Assembly (NCBI GenBank): GCA_020722505.1
Contig: DYKR01000001.1
Location: forward strand, 40,407 to 104,406
Length of the DNA stretch: 64,000 nt
From: Caldisericum exile
GTDB lineage: Bacteria; Caldisericota; Caldisericia; Caldisericales; Caldisericaceae
Direction of reading: 5' to 3'
Positions within the stretch are counted from its first letter, which is position 1. Each line of letters opens with the position of its first letter. The position numbers and the translations under genes were made by a program. Below the pieces are notes generated by a model. That model was given only the letters and a program-made list of their open reading frames with translations, ran no database searches and had not been told where the DNA came from. Positions 38,427 through 48,973 of this stretch are shown piece by piece.

Positions 38427-39421
38427 GCTGTTTTCCTCCTTAATGCATATAATTTATCAAAGCAGTCTTTTAGTTCTTTGTATAGCGTATTAATATTCAA
38501 TCCATTCCAAAGGGATTGATCTTCTCGGACAAAAGTAGTTTTGTCGACCCTGTTATCAAAAATAGATATTGGTATCGAGAATTCTTTCTCATTCTCCTTA
38601 ACTAAAATAAAATCTTTTTTGGGTGAATTTTCATACAAATAAAGCATGTCATCTACCCCGTACTCTTTTAGCATCACTTCAAGTGGAACTCCGTGGTGTA
38701 AAATTGAACCTGGGTCATTTGGGTTGGCTCTTTCAAAATTCTTCTTGCGAGACTCTTCAGGTGTCACCCAAACATACAGGATACCTGATTTCGAAAGAAT
38801 TTCTTCACTAAGGGCACTTAAAGTATGAGCGTATCCATATGGATAGGAAATAGGAATTTGAGAGTCATAATTTCCTCCTCTTGCAAACTCTATAATAAAC
38901 GTTGCTCCACTAAGGTCTTTATTCATGAAAGCGCTCATATTTGAAAGAATATCTCTTGATTCCTTATCGAGTTTTAAAGATAATTCCTTTAATAATCCCT
39001 CTTCCAACGATAAAATCCTTTTATCTATATTAAAAAGCTCTGCAGATTCGTCAATTCTTTTCGCAAGGGTCAAAAACGGATTTTTAAGGTTATGGAAGTT
39101 TTTATTCACAATATCAGAATATTCAAGGTTGATTAATTGTGTAAGGGTAAGCCAATCTCTTCCATCGGTAAATGGACTTTCATTAGATTTATAAAAGATG
39201 CGTTTTTGAGAAAGTTTCTCAAGCTCTTCATCAATACGTCTCATTAAAAACACATAGGGAAAATCATCTATGTGTATATCTTCTCCAAGGTGAAAATCTT
39301 TTTTAGAATAATTTTTAGGAAGGTTATTGACAAATTTCCTAATCTCCGATTTACCCGAAGCAGGCAGACCAAGTAAAAGGATAACATCTAAAGTTTCTTT
39401 CATAACTTTTACCTCCTTCAA
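38423..39421 (-). CDS. Uncharacterised P-loop NTPase/kinase-like protein
   Basis: Walker A '[10 protein letters not shown]', 'DDFPY', 'IIEFARG', 'SILHHGVP'. Confidence 0.7.
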   Translation of the reverse strand: MKEVKVMKETLDVILLLGLPASGKSEIRKFVNNLPKNYSKKDFHLGEDIHIDDFPYVFLMRRIDEELEKLSQKRIFYKSNESPFTDGRDWLTLTQLINLEYSDIVNKNFHNLKNPFLTLAKRIDESAELFNIDKRILSLEEGLLKELSLKLDKESRDILSNMSAFMNKDLSGATFIIEFARGGNYDSQIPISYPYGYAHTLSALSEEILSKSGILYVWVTPEESRKKNFERANPNDPGSILHHGVPLEVMLKEYGVDDMLYLYENSPKKDFILVKENEKEFSIPISIFDNRVDKTTFVREDQSLWNGLNINTLYKELKDCFDKLYALRRKTA

Positions 39422-40356
39422 TATTTTGAAAATGGAAGTAATGCTGCTCCAATTGCAACTCCATCATTTCCAAGTTCAGAAAAGTGAAATTCAACGGATT
39501 CTGCTTCAATTTTCAAAGTGTTTTTATAGAACGACTTAAGAACATCATCAAAAATCTCTTTTAAAGACATCCCCAGACCACCACCAATAATTATTTTCTT
39601 TGGGTTAAGTAGATTGACTACAATTGATAAGCCCAAACCTATTTTATCTGCTACATACTTTAAAGTATTTTTAGCATTTATATCAACATCTTTAAATTTA
39701 AAAATAAAAGGTGTGTCAATCTTTGAGGAATCATTTGAAAAGTATTCTAAAAGAGGAAGTTTGTCATAATTCTTAATATTCTCAATGTAAATTCTTTTAA
39801 TTGCAGGTCCTGAAGCAAAAGTTTCAAAACAGCCTAACTTTCCACAACCACACTTAGGACCGTTTGGGTCTAAAGTAATATGCCCAATTTCGCCAGCTAA
39901 GTTGTCCGCCCCTCGAACAAGCATACCATTTGAAATAATCGCAGCACCGATACCTGTCCCAAAAGTTATAAATAGAAAATCCTTTGTGTCTTTTGCTGAA
40001 CCTACAAACAACTCCGCAATAGCACCTGCCTTAGCATCATTATCAACAAATACTTCTTTTCCAAATTTATGCTCAAAAATACTTTTAATACCAATTTCCT
40101 TTAATGCAGGGATATTGGGAGACGCATGGATAACTCCCAAGTAGGCATCAATAAAACCTGCAATTCCAAAACCTATGCTCAAAACTTCGGGTGTATCAAG
40201 TGATTTAATCACACTTTCTAAGGCGTTGGTGATACTTTCTGTAGACGATGAATCATATCTTTCAATATTAACATTCTCAACTATCTCAAAATTTTCGTTT
40301 ATCCTTATCCCTTTGATTTTTGTGCCGCCTAAATCAATCCCAACAAACTCTTTCAT
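39418..40356 (-). CDS. ROK family sugar kinase (glucokinase-like)
   Basis: 'GIDLGGT', 'DNDA', 'GTGIG', 'AGEIGH...CGCGK.GC.E'; no N-terminal HTH. Confidence 0.92.
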   Translation of the reverse strand: MKEFVGIDLGGTKIKGIRINENFEIVENVNIERYDSSSTESITNALESVIKSLDTPEVLSIGFGIAGFIDAYLGVIHASPNIPALKEIGIKSIFEHKFGKEVFVDNDAKAGAIAELFVGSAKDTKDFLFITFGTGIGAAIISNGMLVRGADNLAGEIGHITLDPNGPKCGCGKLGCFETFASGPAIKRIYIENIKNYDKLPLLEYFSNDSSKIDTPFIFKFKDVDINAKNTLKYVADKIGLGLSIVVNLLNPKKIIIGGGLGMSLKEIFDDVLKSFYKNTLKIEAESVEFHFSELGNDGVAIGAALLPFSKY

Positions 40357-40492
40357 CTCTAATCATTTATACCATGTTAAAAATTTTAGTCAAGGTAATT
40401 GAAGAGTAGATTCCTTACAAAACTTTAATTTTTTTAATAACGCAAATGGTTGCATTTTTGCTTATTTTATACTTCCTAATATAATGTTTTAT

Positions 40493-41344
40493 ATGGAAAA
40501 CTTAGATAAGGAACACATAAAAAATAAATTTGCCATCTACCTTCTAATGAAAGGTTATTCAAATCTCACTGTAAAAAACTACATTTATATAGTAAACGAT
40601 TTTTTAAAAAGTTCATCTCTTCCTGATGCACAATCAATACAAAAGTATTTTTTAAGAAAAAAAATAACTAAAAACACGAGGGCAACCCAAACGCTGATAC
40701 TAAAAAGTTTCGCAAAATTCATAAAAAAGGAACTTAAAATCGATTTCGAAGTCTTTGATCCTCCAAAAACTTCGAAGATTCTGCCTGTTTTCTTAACAAA
40801 GGACGAAGTAAGAAGGCTCCTTGAGATCTCAAAAAATCATTTAAGGGATTTTACCATTATTACGTTTCTTATTTATACGGGAGTAAGAGTTGGAGAACTT
40901 GTCAATTTAAAAATAGAAGATGTTAACCTCGAAGGAAGATATGTAAAAATTAGGGGTAAAGGCGATAAAGAAAGATTGGTGCCGTTATCTAACGAATTAA
41001 CAGCAATTCTTTCTACATACATTGAAAAGAAAAGAGGCGAAACCTTTCTATTTGAAAGTAATAGGCGCAAAAAATTTTCTCCCCTTACCATACAACTCAT
41101 GGTAAGAAAATATGCAAAACTTGCAAATATACCTAAAAAAATCACACCACACAAACTGAGACACACATTTGCAACACTTGCCCTCGAATCTGGTATAAGT
41201 CCAATAACCATAGGAGAACTCTTAGGACACAGTTCTCTTAATACAACAATGAAATATACGCACGTAACAAATAAGTTGGCAATGGATGCAGTGAAAAAAA
41301 TAAGCGAGTTTACCGACCTTAAGGATATGATAACAAATAGTTAA
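40493..41344 (+). CDS. XerC/XerD-type tyrosine recombinase
   Basis: 'TGVRVGEL', 'GKGDKER', 'PHKLRHTFAT', 'LLGH...TT.KY'; start placed 7 nt after TATAAT 40480-85 (ORF track uses 40484). Confidence 0.92.
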   Translation: MENLDKEHIKNKFAIYLLMKGYSNLTVKNYIYIVNDFLKSSSLPDAQSIQKYFLRKKITKNTRATQTLILKSFAKFIKKELKIDFEVFDPPKTSKILPVFLTKDEVRRLLEISKNHLRDFTIITFLIYTGVRVGELVNLKIEDVNLEGRYVKIRGKGDKERLVPLSNELTAILSTYIEKKRGETFLFESNRRKKFSPLTIQLMVRKYAKLANIPKKITPHKLRHTFATLALESGISPITIGELLGHSSLNTTMKYTHVTNKLAMDAVKKISEFTDLKDMITNS

Positions 41345-41377
41345 ATTTTTTGTTTATCTGATATAATACTATTTGCT

Positions 41378-42952
41378 ATGAGTAAAAAATTAATGGAAAT
41401 AGAACAACCAGTTTACCCTTATACCTGTGCAATTGTTAATAATCAGTTGATGGGTTTTCTTGATGAAGTAGAAGAAATTAAAAGTATAGAACTTCTTCCG
41501 GTAACAGAGGGAGAGGGAAGAAGAACATTTGAAAGAAGTATTGCATTCCTTGCAACAGTTGCAATAAAGAGAATTTCACCCAAAAGCAGATTAAACATCA
41601 TGCACTCAATTGGTGATGCTCTGTACGGAGAAATCGAGAATCCTGTAGATAACATTATCCCAAAACTGAAAGAAGAAATCTACAGATTAGTTAGTGAAAA
41701 TAAACCCGTTAACAAAATTGAACTTACAAAAGAAACTGCAATTAGAAAATTAGAAAAAGAACGGCGACTTGAAGATATAAGAACTATAGAATTTTTAGCA
41801 AAAGACCTTATTTCGCTTTATGAACTTGAAGGAATATACATTTATTTTGCAGGACCAATTGTGCCTTATACTGGGATGTTAAAGGCTTTTGAAATCATAG
41901 AGGCAGACGGAGGTATTCTGTTTCTACTTCCGGATAGAAAAAACCCAAATAGTGTAAGCACATTGCAAAGCTACCAAAAACTGCTTGAGGCTTTTAATGA
42001 AGGCAAAAAATGGGCAAATCTACTTGAAGTGAGAACTGTGGGAGAATTAAACAAAAGTATCATAAACGGAAAAATTTCAAACATTATAAAAATTCAAGAA
42101 GCACTTCATGAGAAAAAAATTTCAAATATTGCAGAAACAATTCTTTCAAGAAATGCAAAAGTCATTTTAATTGCTGGGCCAAGTTCTTCGGGTAAAACAA
42201 CGTTTGCAAAAAAATTAGAAATACATCTACGAGTGCTTGGTTTAAGACCCTTTGTGATCTCAACAGATAACTACTTCATTGACAGAGACAAAACACCTTT
42301 AGATGAAAATGGAAATCCAAACTTTGATGCTCTTGAAGCAACAGATTATAAATTACTTGAGGCACATATTAACAAACTTCTACAAGATGAAAGCGTTGAA
42401 ATACCAAAATATAACTTTATAACTGGAAAAAGAGAAAAATGGAAAACAATAAAACTTGAAAAAAACGGCATTTTAATAATAGAAGGCATCCATGCCCTAA
42501 ACCCAGTGCTTACAGAGAATGTGCAAAGCAATGCACTATTTAAGATTTATGTATCTGCCTTATCACAATTGAATATCGATAATATAAATAGAATTCCAAC
42601 AAGAGACTCAAGATTAATAAGAAGAATAGTAAGAGATACACATTTTAGAGGCATCACAGCTCAAGAGAACCTAAGAAGATGGAAAGATGTTGTATCGGCA
42701 GAGGAAAAATACATCTTCCCATACCAAGAAAATGCTGATGTTATGTTTAATTCTGCTTTAATTTATGAACTTGCAGTGTTAAAAAATTTTGCCGAAGTGC
42801 CGTTAAGGGCGGTAGAATACACAGAAAAAGAATATGCAGAAGCCTTAAGACTTTTGAATTTCCTTTCTCATATACTTCCATACACTCCTGATGAAATTCC
42901 ACCTACCTCAATTTTAAGAGAATTCATTGGTAAAAGTTCATTCAAATACTAA
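41378..42952 (+). CDS. Nucleoside (uridine) kinase family protein with ThrRS-like N-terminal region
   Basis: 'IAGPSSSGKTT', 'DNYF', 'EGIHALN', 'RLIRRIVRD..FRG'. Confidence 0.85.
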   Translation: MSKKLMEIEQPVYPYTCAIVNNQLMGFLDEVEEIKSIELLPVTEGEGRRTFERSIAFLATVAIKRISPKSRLNIMHSIGDALYGEIENPVDNIIPKLKEEIYRLVSENKPVNKIELTKETAIRKLEKERRLEDIRTIEFLAKDLISLYELEGIYIYFAGPIVPYTGMLKAFEIIEADGGILFLLPDRKNPNSVSTLQSYQKLLEAFNEGKKWANLLEVRTVGELNKSIINGKISNIIKIQEALHEKKISNIAETILSRNAKVILIAGPSSSGKTTFAKKLEIHLRVLGLRPFVISTDNYFIDRDKTPLDENGNPNFDALEATDYKLLEAHINKLLQDESVEIPKYNFITGKREKWKTIKLEKNGILIIEGIHALNPVLTENVQSNALFKIYVSALSQLNIDNINRIPTRDSRLIRRIVRDTHFRGITAQENLRRWKDVVSAEEKYIFPYQENADVMFNSALIYELAVLKNFAEVPLRAVEYTEKEYAEALRLLNFLSHILPYTPDEIPPTSILREFIGKSSFKY

Positions 42953-44988
42953 GATTCAAGGAATTTTTTAACAAAGTTAGATAAATTAACTTTTTTCTCA
43001 ACAAATATAGGTATGTTCAAAAAAAGGTCGTTAACCTTTGATAAAAATCGCTTATCTTTAAACCTGCCATCGAAATATACCAAAACAGTTTTTTCTTTTT
43101 TATTTATATTATCAAGGACAAAATTCTTTGCATACAACATTGCGTAATCTTCACTTAAACTAGCAACATTAAACGGCAATTTAAACAGATAAATTATTTT
43201 ATACTCGCCAATTTTAGGAAATTCATAAGAAGCAAATGTGGCAATCTTATTTTCGTTTTTGATTGCCTCATCAATCCAACTGTATTTTTTTGCAAGCTCC
43301 ATTTTCATATTTTTAAGTTGGACTTTATTCTCAAATACAAAAAGGGCAGGTTTAATATGGGACAAACTCTCAAAACTATCAAGAAACTCCTCAAAAAACT
43401 CATCTACATTTGGAGAGTGCATATACACTGGAACTATCTCAAGGGTCTTATGAGTTCCGTTATCTTTTGTAAGCATCTCTCCCTTAAGAGAAGTGAAGCC
43501 TTCTAAAATATTCTTACCGTTGTAAGTTAGTCTATTGCTTAAAAAATAAATATGATTGGAGTTATTTTTTACATTGGAAAAAATCTTATTTGGTTCTTTT
43601 TCACTGATTGTAATAGATCTTTCTTTCTTACTTATGTTAAATGCTTTTTCATGCATGTTTGTATTTAGAAAATCATCTTCAAAAAGCTTTAAAATATTAG
43701 AGTTAGACGAATTTTCTGCATCTTCAAAAAGAGTTAAAATATTCTCTTTCAAACTTTCATCTAATTCGGCAATCATCTTAATATCATTTTCAGAGTAAAT
43801 CACTTTATCAGTGTAGAATACTTTTGGCAAGCGGTAAGCTTCAAAAAAGATAACTGAATCAAACTCAAGATTTAAGAAAAGATTATATACAAAAAGAAAA
43901 GTAGGCATTTTCGTTAATACAACATCACTACCTTTTATTAGATCTAACTTCTCCATTAGAGGACACTTATCTTTAAATTGGCAATTCTTGGTATTACATA
44001 CGGAAAGATTTTTTAATACTTTATTCTTTAGAATATGATTTGGTGCGTTTTTTAAAAGAAAGTCTTTTGTTTTTATTAAATAAGAAGTAAGAATAGCAAA
44101 ATCCATTCTAAGATCTAATGGGAGCCTGTCGGGATTCTGTAAATAATAAAAAAACCTATGCAAACAAATGAAATTTTCTAAACCTGTTGCATCGAAAATC
44201 TTCAATTTTGGGAAATTCGAAAGGATCTGTTCTTTAACATCTTCAGAGTAAAAGACAATTAGAGTAAAATTGGATTTATCTATTAAAGATGCATTTTTAC
44301 CAATGTCACCTTCTATATAATAGGTCTTTTTTTCTGCATTGGCATTAACTTCTTTAAAAGGCAGAGTAAGTTCAGTTTCATTACTCTTTAATTCAATTAA
44401 ATTTAAGTCATCTATATCAACATCAGAAAAAAGAAAATCAAAGTCTCTTGAATCTCCAATTATTCTTTTTAATTTACCAAGGTCATCTTTTGGAAAATTT
44501 TTCTTCTCTTCAACGATTTTTTTAAACACTTCATAGAGCATTAAAGCATCATTAAAGGCCCTATGGGCTTTTTCGCTTTTAATCTTAAAAGTTGAAATGA
44601 GCTTTTCGAGACTATGAGATTGCAATTCAGGAAACATCAAACGAGCAAGTTCTAATGTATCTATTACCTTATTTTTAACAGGCTTCCCAAAAAAGTTTTC
44701 AAGGAAAGCCTTATCAAATGAGGCATTGTGGGCAACTAATACCGCATCCTCTATAAAATCGCTAAATGCTTTTTTAACATCTTCTTTATCCTGCGCTTTG
44801 TTAAGATCTTCTTGCGTTATACCTGTAAGGTTGGTAATAAAATGAGATAAAGTTTTTGAAGACTTCACAAGAGTTTTAAATGTTGAAACACTTTCCCAAT
44901 TGATAACTTTTATAGCACCAATCTCAATAACTTCATCTTCTTCTACTTTTAAACCAGTTGTTTCTAAATCAAAAAACACAAATTTCAT
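42949..44988 (-). CDS. DnaQ-type 3'-5' exonuclease fused to a degenerate DinG-like helicase body
   Basis: DEDDh 'DLETTG', 'HNASFD', 'HRAFND'; DinG-like Cys set; 'KLPF', 'DGRF'; no intact Walker A/B. Confidence 0.75.
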   Translation of the reverse strand: MKFVFFDLETTGLKVEEDEVIEIGAIKVINWESVSTFKTLVKSSKTLSHFITNLTGITQEDLNKAQDKEDVKKAFSDFIEDAVLVAHNASFDKAFLENFFGKPVKNKVIDTLELARLMFPELQSHSLEKLISTFKIKSEKAHRAFNDALMLYEVFKKIVEEKKNFPKDDLGKLKRIIGDSRDFDFLFSDVDIDDLNLIELKSNETELTLPFKEVNANAEKKTYYIEGDIGKNASLIDKSNFTLIVFYSEDVKEQILSNFPKLKIFDATGLENFICLHRFFYYLQNPDRLPLDLRMDFAILTSYLIKTKDFLLKNAPNHILKNKVLKNLSVCNTKNCQFKDKCPLMEKLDLIKGSDVVLTKMPTFLFVYNLFLNLEFDSVIFFEAYRLPKVFYTDKVIYSENDIKMIAELDESLKENILTLFEDAENSSNSNILKLFEDDFLNTNMHEKAFNISKKERSITISEKEPNKIFSNVKNNSNHIYFLSNRLTYNGKNILEGFTSLKGEMLTKDNGTHKTLEIVPVYMHSPNVDEFFEEFLDSFESLSHIKPALFVFENKVQLKNMKMELAKKYSWIDEAIKNENKIATFASYEFPKIGEYKIIYLFKLPFNVASLSEDYAMLYAKNFVLDNINKKEKTVLVYFDGRFKDKRFLSKVNDLFLNIPIFVEKKVNLSNFVKKFLES

Positions 44989-47327
44989 TTAAAGAATACT
45001 ATAGTGGTCCCAGTTCCACCTTCTGATATCGTTCCAAGTTCAAAACGTGAAACCCTTTTATCCTTTCTCAAAAATTCAAAAACCGCTTCTTTTAAAGCAC
45101 CAGTTCCCTTACCATGAATTATGTAAACATACGGCATTCCATTAAGGTACGCCTTATCAAGGTATTTATCAAGAGCTTCGATAGCCTCTTCCACTGTATA
45201 GCCATGCAAATCCAACATAATGGGTAGACTCTCATCAAATAATTCTTTAAATTTAGTTTTCTCGGTATTTCGAACAATTTGATCTTTAGATACAGGCTGA
45301 ACATCAGAGGTCTTTAGTGTTGCCCTAATAGCACCCATTTGCACAACTAATTTGCCTTCTTCACGCTTAACCTGTAAAACAAGTCCTGTAGCCTTAAAAG
45401 ATGACACAAAAACAATATCACCTTCTTTAATTTCATCTTTACTAACTTGCTTTGCTTCTTCAAAAATCTCTTCCTTTTCTTCTAAAGATTGCTCTTCATC
45501 TTTTATTGCTTTTTTCATTTCTTGTATTTCTTTTTGGGATTTAATATAATTGTCAAGATTATCTAAAATTTTTGCCATTTTTTCTTTAGTATCGTCAATT
45601 ATCTTTTGAGCTTCATCATACGCTTTTCTTAACTCCAATCGCTTCTTTTCTTCAAGTTCTTTCAATTTCGCCTCATAAATTTCTCTTAATTTAGTTGCCT
45701 CTACCTTTGCCTGCTCTATTTCTCTTCGTTCAACTTCTATAGCACGATTTTCTTGATGCATCTTATTTATGATACTGCTTCTTTCAACAAAATCAGAAGG
45801 AAGTTCATTTTTTGCAAACTCTAAAACATCCTTATCCAATCCAAGTCGCTCTGCAATGACAAAGGCATGGCTTTCGCCGGGTAACCCTATGTAAAGTTTA
45901 TAGATTGGAGAAAGGGTCTCTACATCAAAACCAACTGAAGCGTTCATTGCATTAGGATACACATAAGGGAATTCCTTTAATTTACTGTGGTGAGTTGTAA
46001 CAATAGTGATACACCCTTTGTCGTATAAATCTTTTAGAATTGCATAACCCAAGGCAGCACCTTCCTCAGGATCTGTTCCTGCACCCAACTCATCTAACAA
46101 AACAAGGTCTTTGTCTGAAGAAAATTTAAGGATATTTACAATTTTTGACATATGAGAAGAGAATGTTGAAAGGTTCTGCTCTACACTCTGCTCGTCTCCT
46201 ATATCTGCATAGATATTTTCAAATTTTCCTATTCTTGAATTAGACAAAGCAGGGATATGTAATCCCGAAAGTGCCGTTGCTGAAAGCAAGCCTGCAGTTT
46301 TTAAAGTAACTGTCTTACCCCCTGTATTTGGACCAGTTATGATAAGCACTTTATAACCTTTTCCAATCTCTAAATCAATTGGCACAACTTTATCTTCAGG
46401 GATAAAAGGATTTCTTGCCTCGTATAACTCCAAAACAGGTTCTTCCTCTATAATAGGCTCAAAGGCTTTAAGCTCAAGCGAAAGCTTTGCTTTTGCAAAA
46501 ATGAAATCTAAATTGTATACAATCGCAAGTGATTTTTCTACTTGGTCAATCTTATTTCTAATTTTTTCTTCCAGTTCAAGTATTATTTTTTCTTCTTCCT
46601 CTTTTTCCTTTGAAAATAATTCAACAAGCCTATTATTCAATTCCACAACTGCCATTGGCTCAACATAAAGTGTGAGCTTACTTCCTGACTCACCTTGCAC
46701 AACATATGAAAAACTTGGCTTTGAATTCTGTCTTATGGGGATCACATATCGATCATTTCTTTTTGTAATTATCTTATCTTGGATTACATCCTCATTTTCT
46801 CTTGAATAGAGAATCTCTTGAAGAATTGACTGAATACGTAAATATGTTGTCCTTATTTCTCTTCTTATAATCGAAAGAAATGGCGTTGCATCATCCACAA
46901 TTTTACCATCAGCCGATACCACTCTTCTTATTGCTTTTACAATTTCATCAAAACGAGATAACATGGACGTGTACCTATACAATTCAGGATATACATCAGA
47001 ATAACTTGCGCCTATTTCTTTTATCTCAGAGAAAACTGATAGCACATCTGATATTTTTAACAGTTCATAGGTAGTAAGTAATGATAGCACCCTTATTCTT
47101 TCAAATAGTGGTTCAACATCCACAAATTCTGAAAAAGGCAAATCTCCTTCCTTTTGTAGGAAATTTTTCGCAGTAGTCGTTTCTTTTAAAGCAGTTCTGA
47201 TTTCGTCAACATTTGAAAGTGGAGATAAATCCATTACTCTACTCTTACCTCCAGAAGTTATAGCTAACTTTTCCAATCTTTGAATAATTTTATAAAAATC
47301 TATTACTCTAAGTGAGTCTTTATCCAT
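44985..47327 (-). CDS. mutS2: Endonuclease MutS2
   Basis: 'ITGPNTGGKT', 'DIGDEQS.EQNLSTFSSHM', 'DELGAGTDP.EG', Smr 'LDLHG..IIHGKGTG'. Confidence 0.97.
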   Translation of the reverse strand: MDKDSLRVIDFYKIIQRLEKLAITSGGKSRVMDLSPLSNVDEIRTALKETTTAKNFLQKEGDLPFSEFVDVEPLFERIRVLSLLTTYELLKISDVLSVFSEIKEIGASYSDVYPELYRYTSMLSRFDEIVKAIRRVVSADGKIVDDATPFLSIIRREIRTTYLRIQSILQEILYSRENEDVIQDKIITKRNDRYVIPIRQNSKPSFSYVVQGESGSKLTLYVEPMAVVELNNRLVELFSKEKEEEEKIILELEEKIRNKIDQVEKSLAIVYNLDFIFAKAKLSLELKAFEPIIEEEPVLELYEARNPFIPEDKVVPIDLEIGKGYKVLIITGPNTGGKTVTLKTAGLLSATALSGLHIPALSNSRIGKFENIYADIGDEQSVEQNLSTFSSHMSKIVNILKFSSDKDLVLLDELGAGTDPEEGAALGYAILKDLYDKGCITIVTTHHSKLKEFPYVYPNAMNASVGFDVETLSPIYKLYIGLPGESHAFVIAERLGLDKDVLEFAKNELPSDFVERSSIINKMHQENRAIEVERREIEQAKVEATKLREIYEAKLKELEEKKRLELRKAYDEAQKIIDDTKEKMAKILDNLDNYIKSQKEIQEMKKAIKDEEQSLEEKEEIFEEAKQVSKDEIKEGDIVFVSSFKATGLVLQVKREEGKLVVQMGAIRATLKTSDVQPVSKDQIVRNTEKTKFKELFDESLPIMLDLHGYTVEEAIEALDKYLDKAYLNGMPYVYIIHGKGTGALKEAVFEFLRKDKRVSRFELGTISEGGTGTTIVFFK

Positions 47328-48973
47328 CTTACATTCCTTATATCATTATAACAGAAAGTATTTAAAACTTCTTCCTTTTTAACCCAAGCCCTTTTTAAAA
47401 TTTTAATACCATATTTCATAAAATTTAAATGTCCTACACTATGCGCATCTGTGCCAACTGAAAAATATTTCACATGAGATCTTCTTGCCTGCTTTATAAG
47501 GCCAGAACTCAAATCCATTCTATTCGGGAAAAGATTTATTTCAAGAGCCACTGACTTTTTAAAGGCAACTTCGAAAATCTCTTCTAAATTAATTGGTATG
47601 CTTCTTCTTATAAAGACTATGCGGTTTGTAGGATGCGCAAGAGTATCGATAAGTCCACTATTTAAGGCCTTTTTTATTCTATATGTATTTTCAAAACTTG
47701 AATTACTGAATTTATGCAACCCTCCTACGACAAATTCAAACTTATCAAAAAAACCTTCTTTTATGTCTACACTTCCATTTTCTTTTATCTCTGCTTCAAT
47801 CCCTTTTAAAAGATACGGGGGTTCACCAAAACTATTTAGTCTATCAATAATTTCAAACTCTCTTCGTAGCGAAGCCTCATCTAAACCATTTGCAATCCTT
47901 AAAGACTTAGAGTGGTCTGTAATAGCAATAAATTCGTAATTAAGGTATCGAGCTTCTTCTTTCATTTCGGCAATAGTGGAGCTTCCGTCAGAAAAATTTG
48001 AATGGACATGTAAGTCACCTTTTATATCACTTATATCGATAATATTGGGAGAAGAATTGTTCAAAGCAAAGTCGATTTCCTCTTCTCCTTCTCTAACCTC
48101 AGGTGGAATGTATGTTAGTGATAACTTCTCGTAAAATTCCTGCTCAGAATTTACTTCAAGTAAAACAATCCCAGATTTTGAAACTCTATAACCTTTTGTA
48201 GAAGCAATTTCCTGGATAAACCTATTATGCTGCTTTGAGCCTGTATAGTATTGAAGTCCAGAATAAAAATATCTTTCTGGAACATAGTAAAACTTAAGTT
48301 TAAATGAGTTCTCATCCTTAAAAGTAATGAGATTCCCCTTTATAGACACAAGTGTTAAATCAAAAGAAGGAATAAGAAAATTTATAAGGGCTTTTTTATC
48401 AAAAGAGAAGATAAAATCGATATTATCAACTACTTCCTTGCCTCTCCTGACACTTCCAACCACTTCAATTTTTCCGAGATGCTGGGTTTCCATTTTTATG
48501 GCATTTGCATAAGCACAAGCAAAGAATAAACCAAGTTCTTTTTGCTTTCCTTCAAAATAGAAGAGTGCCCTTCGAAGATGCTCCTCAAACTTTTCTCCAA
48601 ATTTTCTCTTTACTAAACCATCTTTTAACATTCTTTCAAGATCAGAAACTGAGTCGATATTTAAAAATCGATAAATATTTAAAACATCACTCACTCGCAA
48701 TGAAGGTATTTTTGCAAGATTCCTAAGTGTTTTAGGTGTTCTATACTCAAGGAGTTCCTTTTTAGGAGAATAACCCCTACTAATTATATTATCAATTTCA
48801 TTTCGAACGCTCTCGGGGAAAAAATTTAGACTCCCATAATTCCCAATAGGATAATCTAAAGCAAGTATAGTTAAATAAGCATTCTCAAACTGTAGAGCGC
48901 TTTTAAAGTCTCCATTAATTTCAAGTAAAACCTTTAGTTCATTTAGTTCATTTGCTATTCTAAAATTATTCAT
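47303..48973 (-). CDS. polX: PolX-PHP protein with non-canonical polymerase site
   Basis: 'GSVRRGKE', 'YTGSKQHN', 'YIPPEVRE'; PHP 'DLHVHS..SDG', 'TDHS', 'AHP', 'TDAH'. Confidence 0.9.
   Translation of the reverse strand: MNNFRIANELNELKVLLEINGDFKSALQFENAYLTILALDYPIGNYGSLNFFPESVRNEIDNIISRGYSPKKELLEYRTPKTLRNLAKIPSLRVSDVLNIYRFLNIDSVSDLERMLKDGLVKRKFGEKFEEHLRRALFYFEGKQKELGLFFACAYANAIKMETQHLGKIEVVGSVRRGKEVVDNIDFIFSFDKKALINFLIPSFDLTLVSIKGNLITFKDENSFKLKFYYVPERYFYSGLQYYTGSKQHNRFIQEIASTKGYRVSKSGIVLLEVNSEQEFYEKLSLTYIPPEVREGEEEIDFALNNSSPNIIDISDIKGDLHVHSNFSDGSSTIAEMKEEARYLNYEFIAITDHSKSLRIANGLDEASLRREFEIIDRLNSFGEPPYLLKGIEAEIKENGSVDIKEGFFDKFEFVVGGLHKFSNSSFENTYRIKKALNSGLIDTLAHPTNRIVFIRRSIPINLEEIFEVAFKKSVALEINLFPNRMDLSSGLIKQARRSHVKYFSVGTDAHSVGHLNFMKYGIKILKRAWVKKEEVLNTFCYNDIRNVRWIKTHLE

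Noticed and set aside
40493-41344. Tyrosine recombinase as a prophage/ICE integrase
   Set aside because: Xer-like size and motifs, housekeeping neighbours, no phage or conjugation genes
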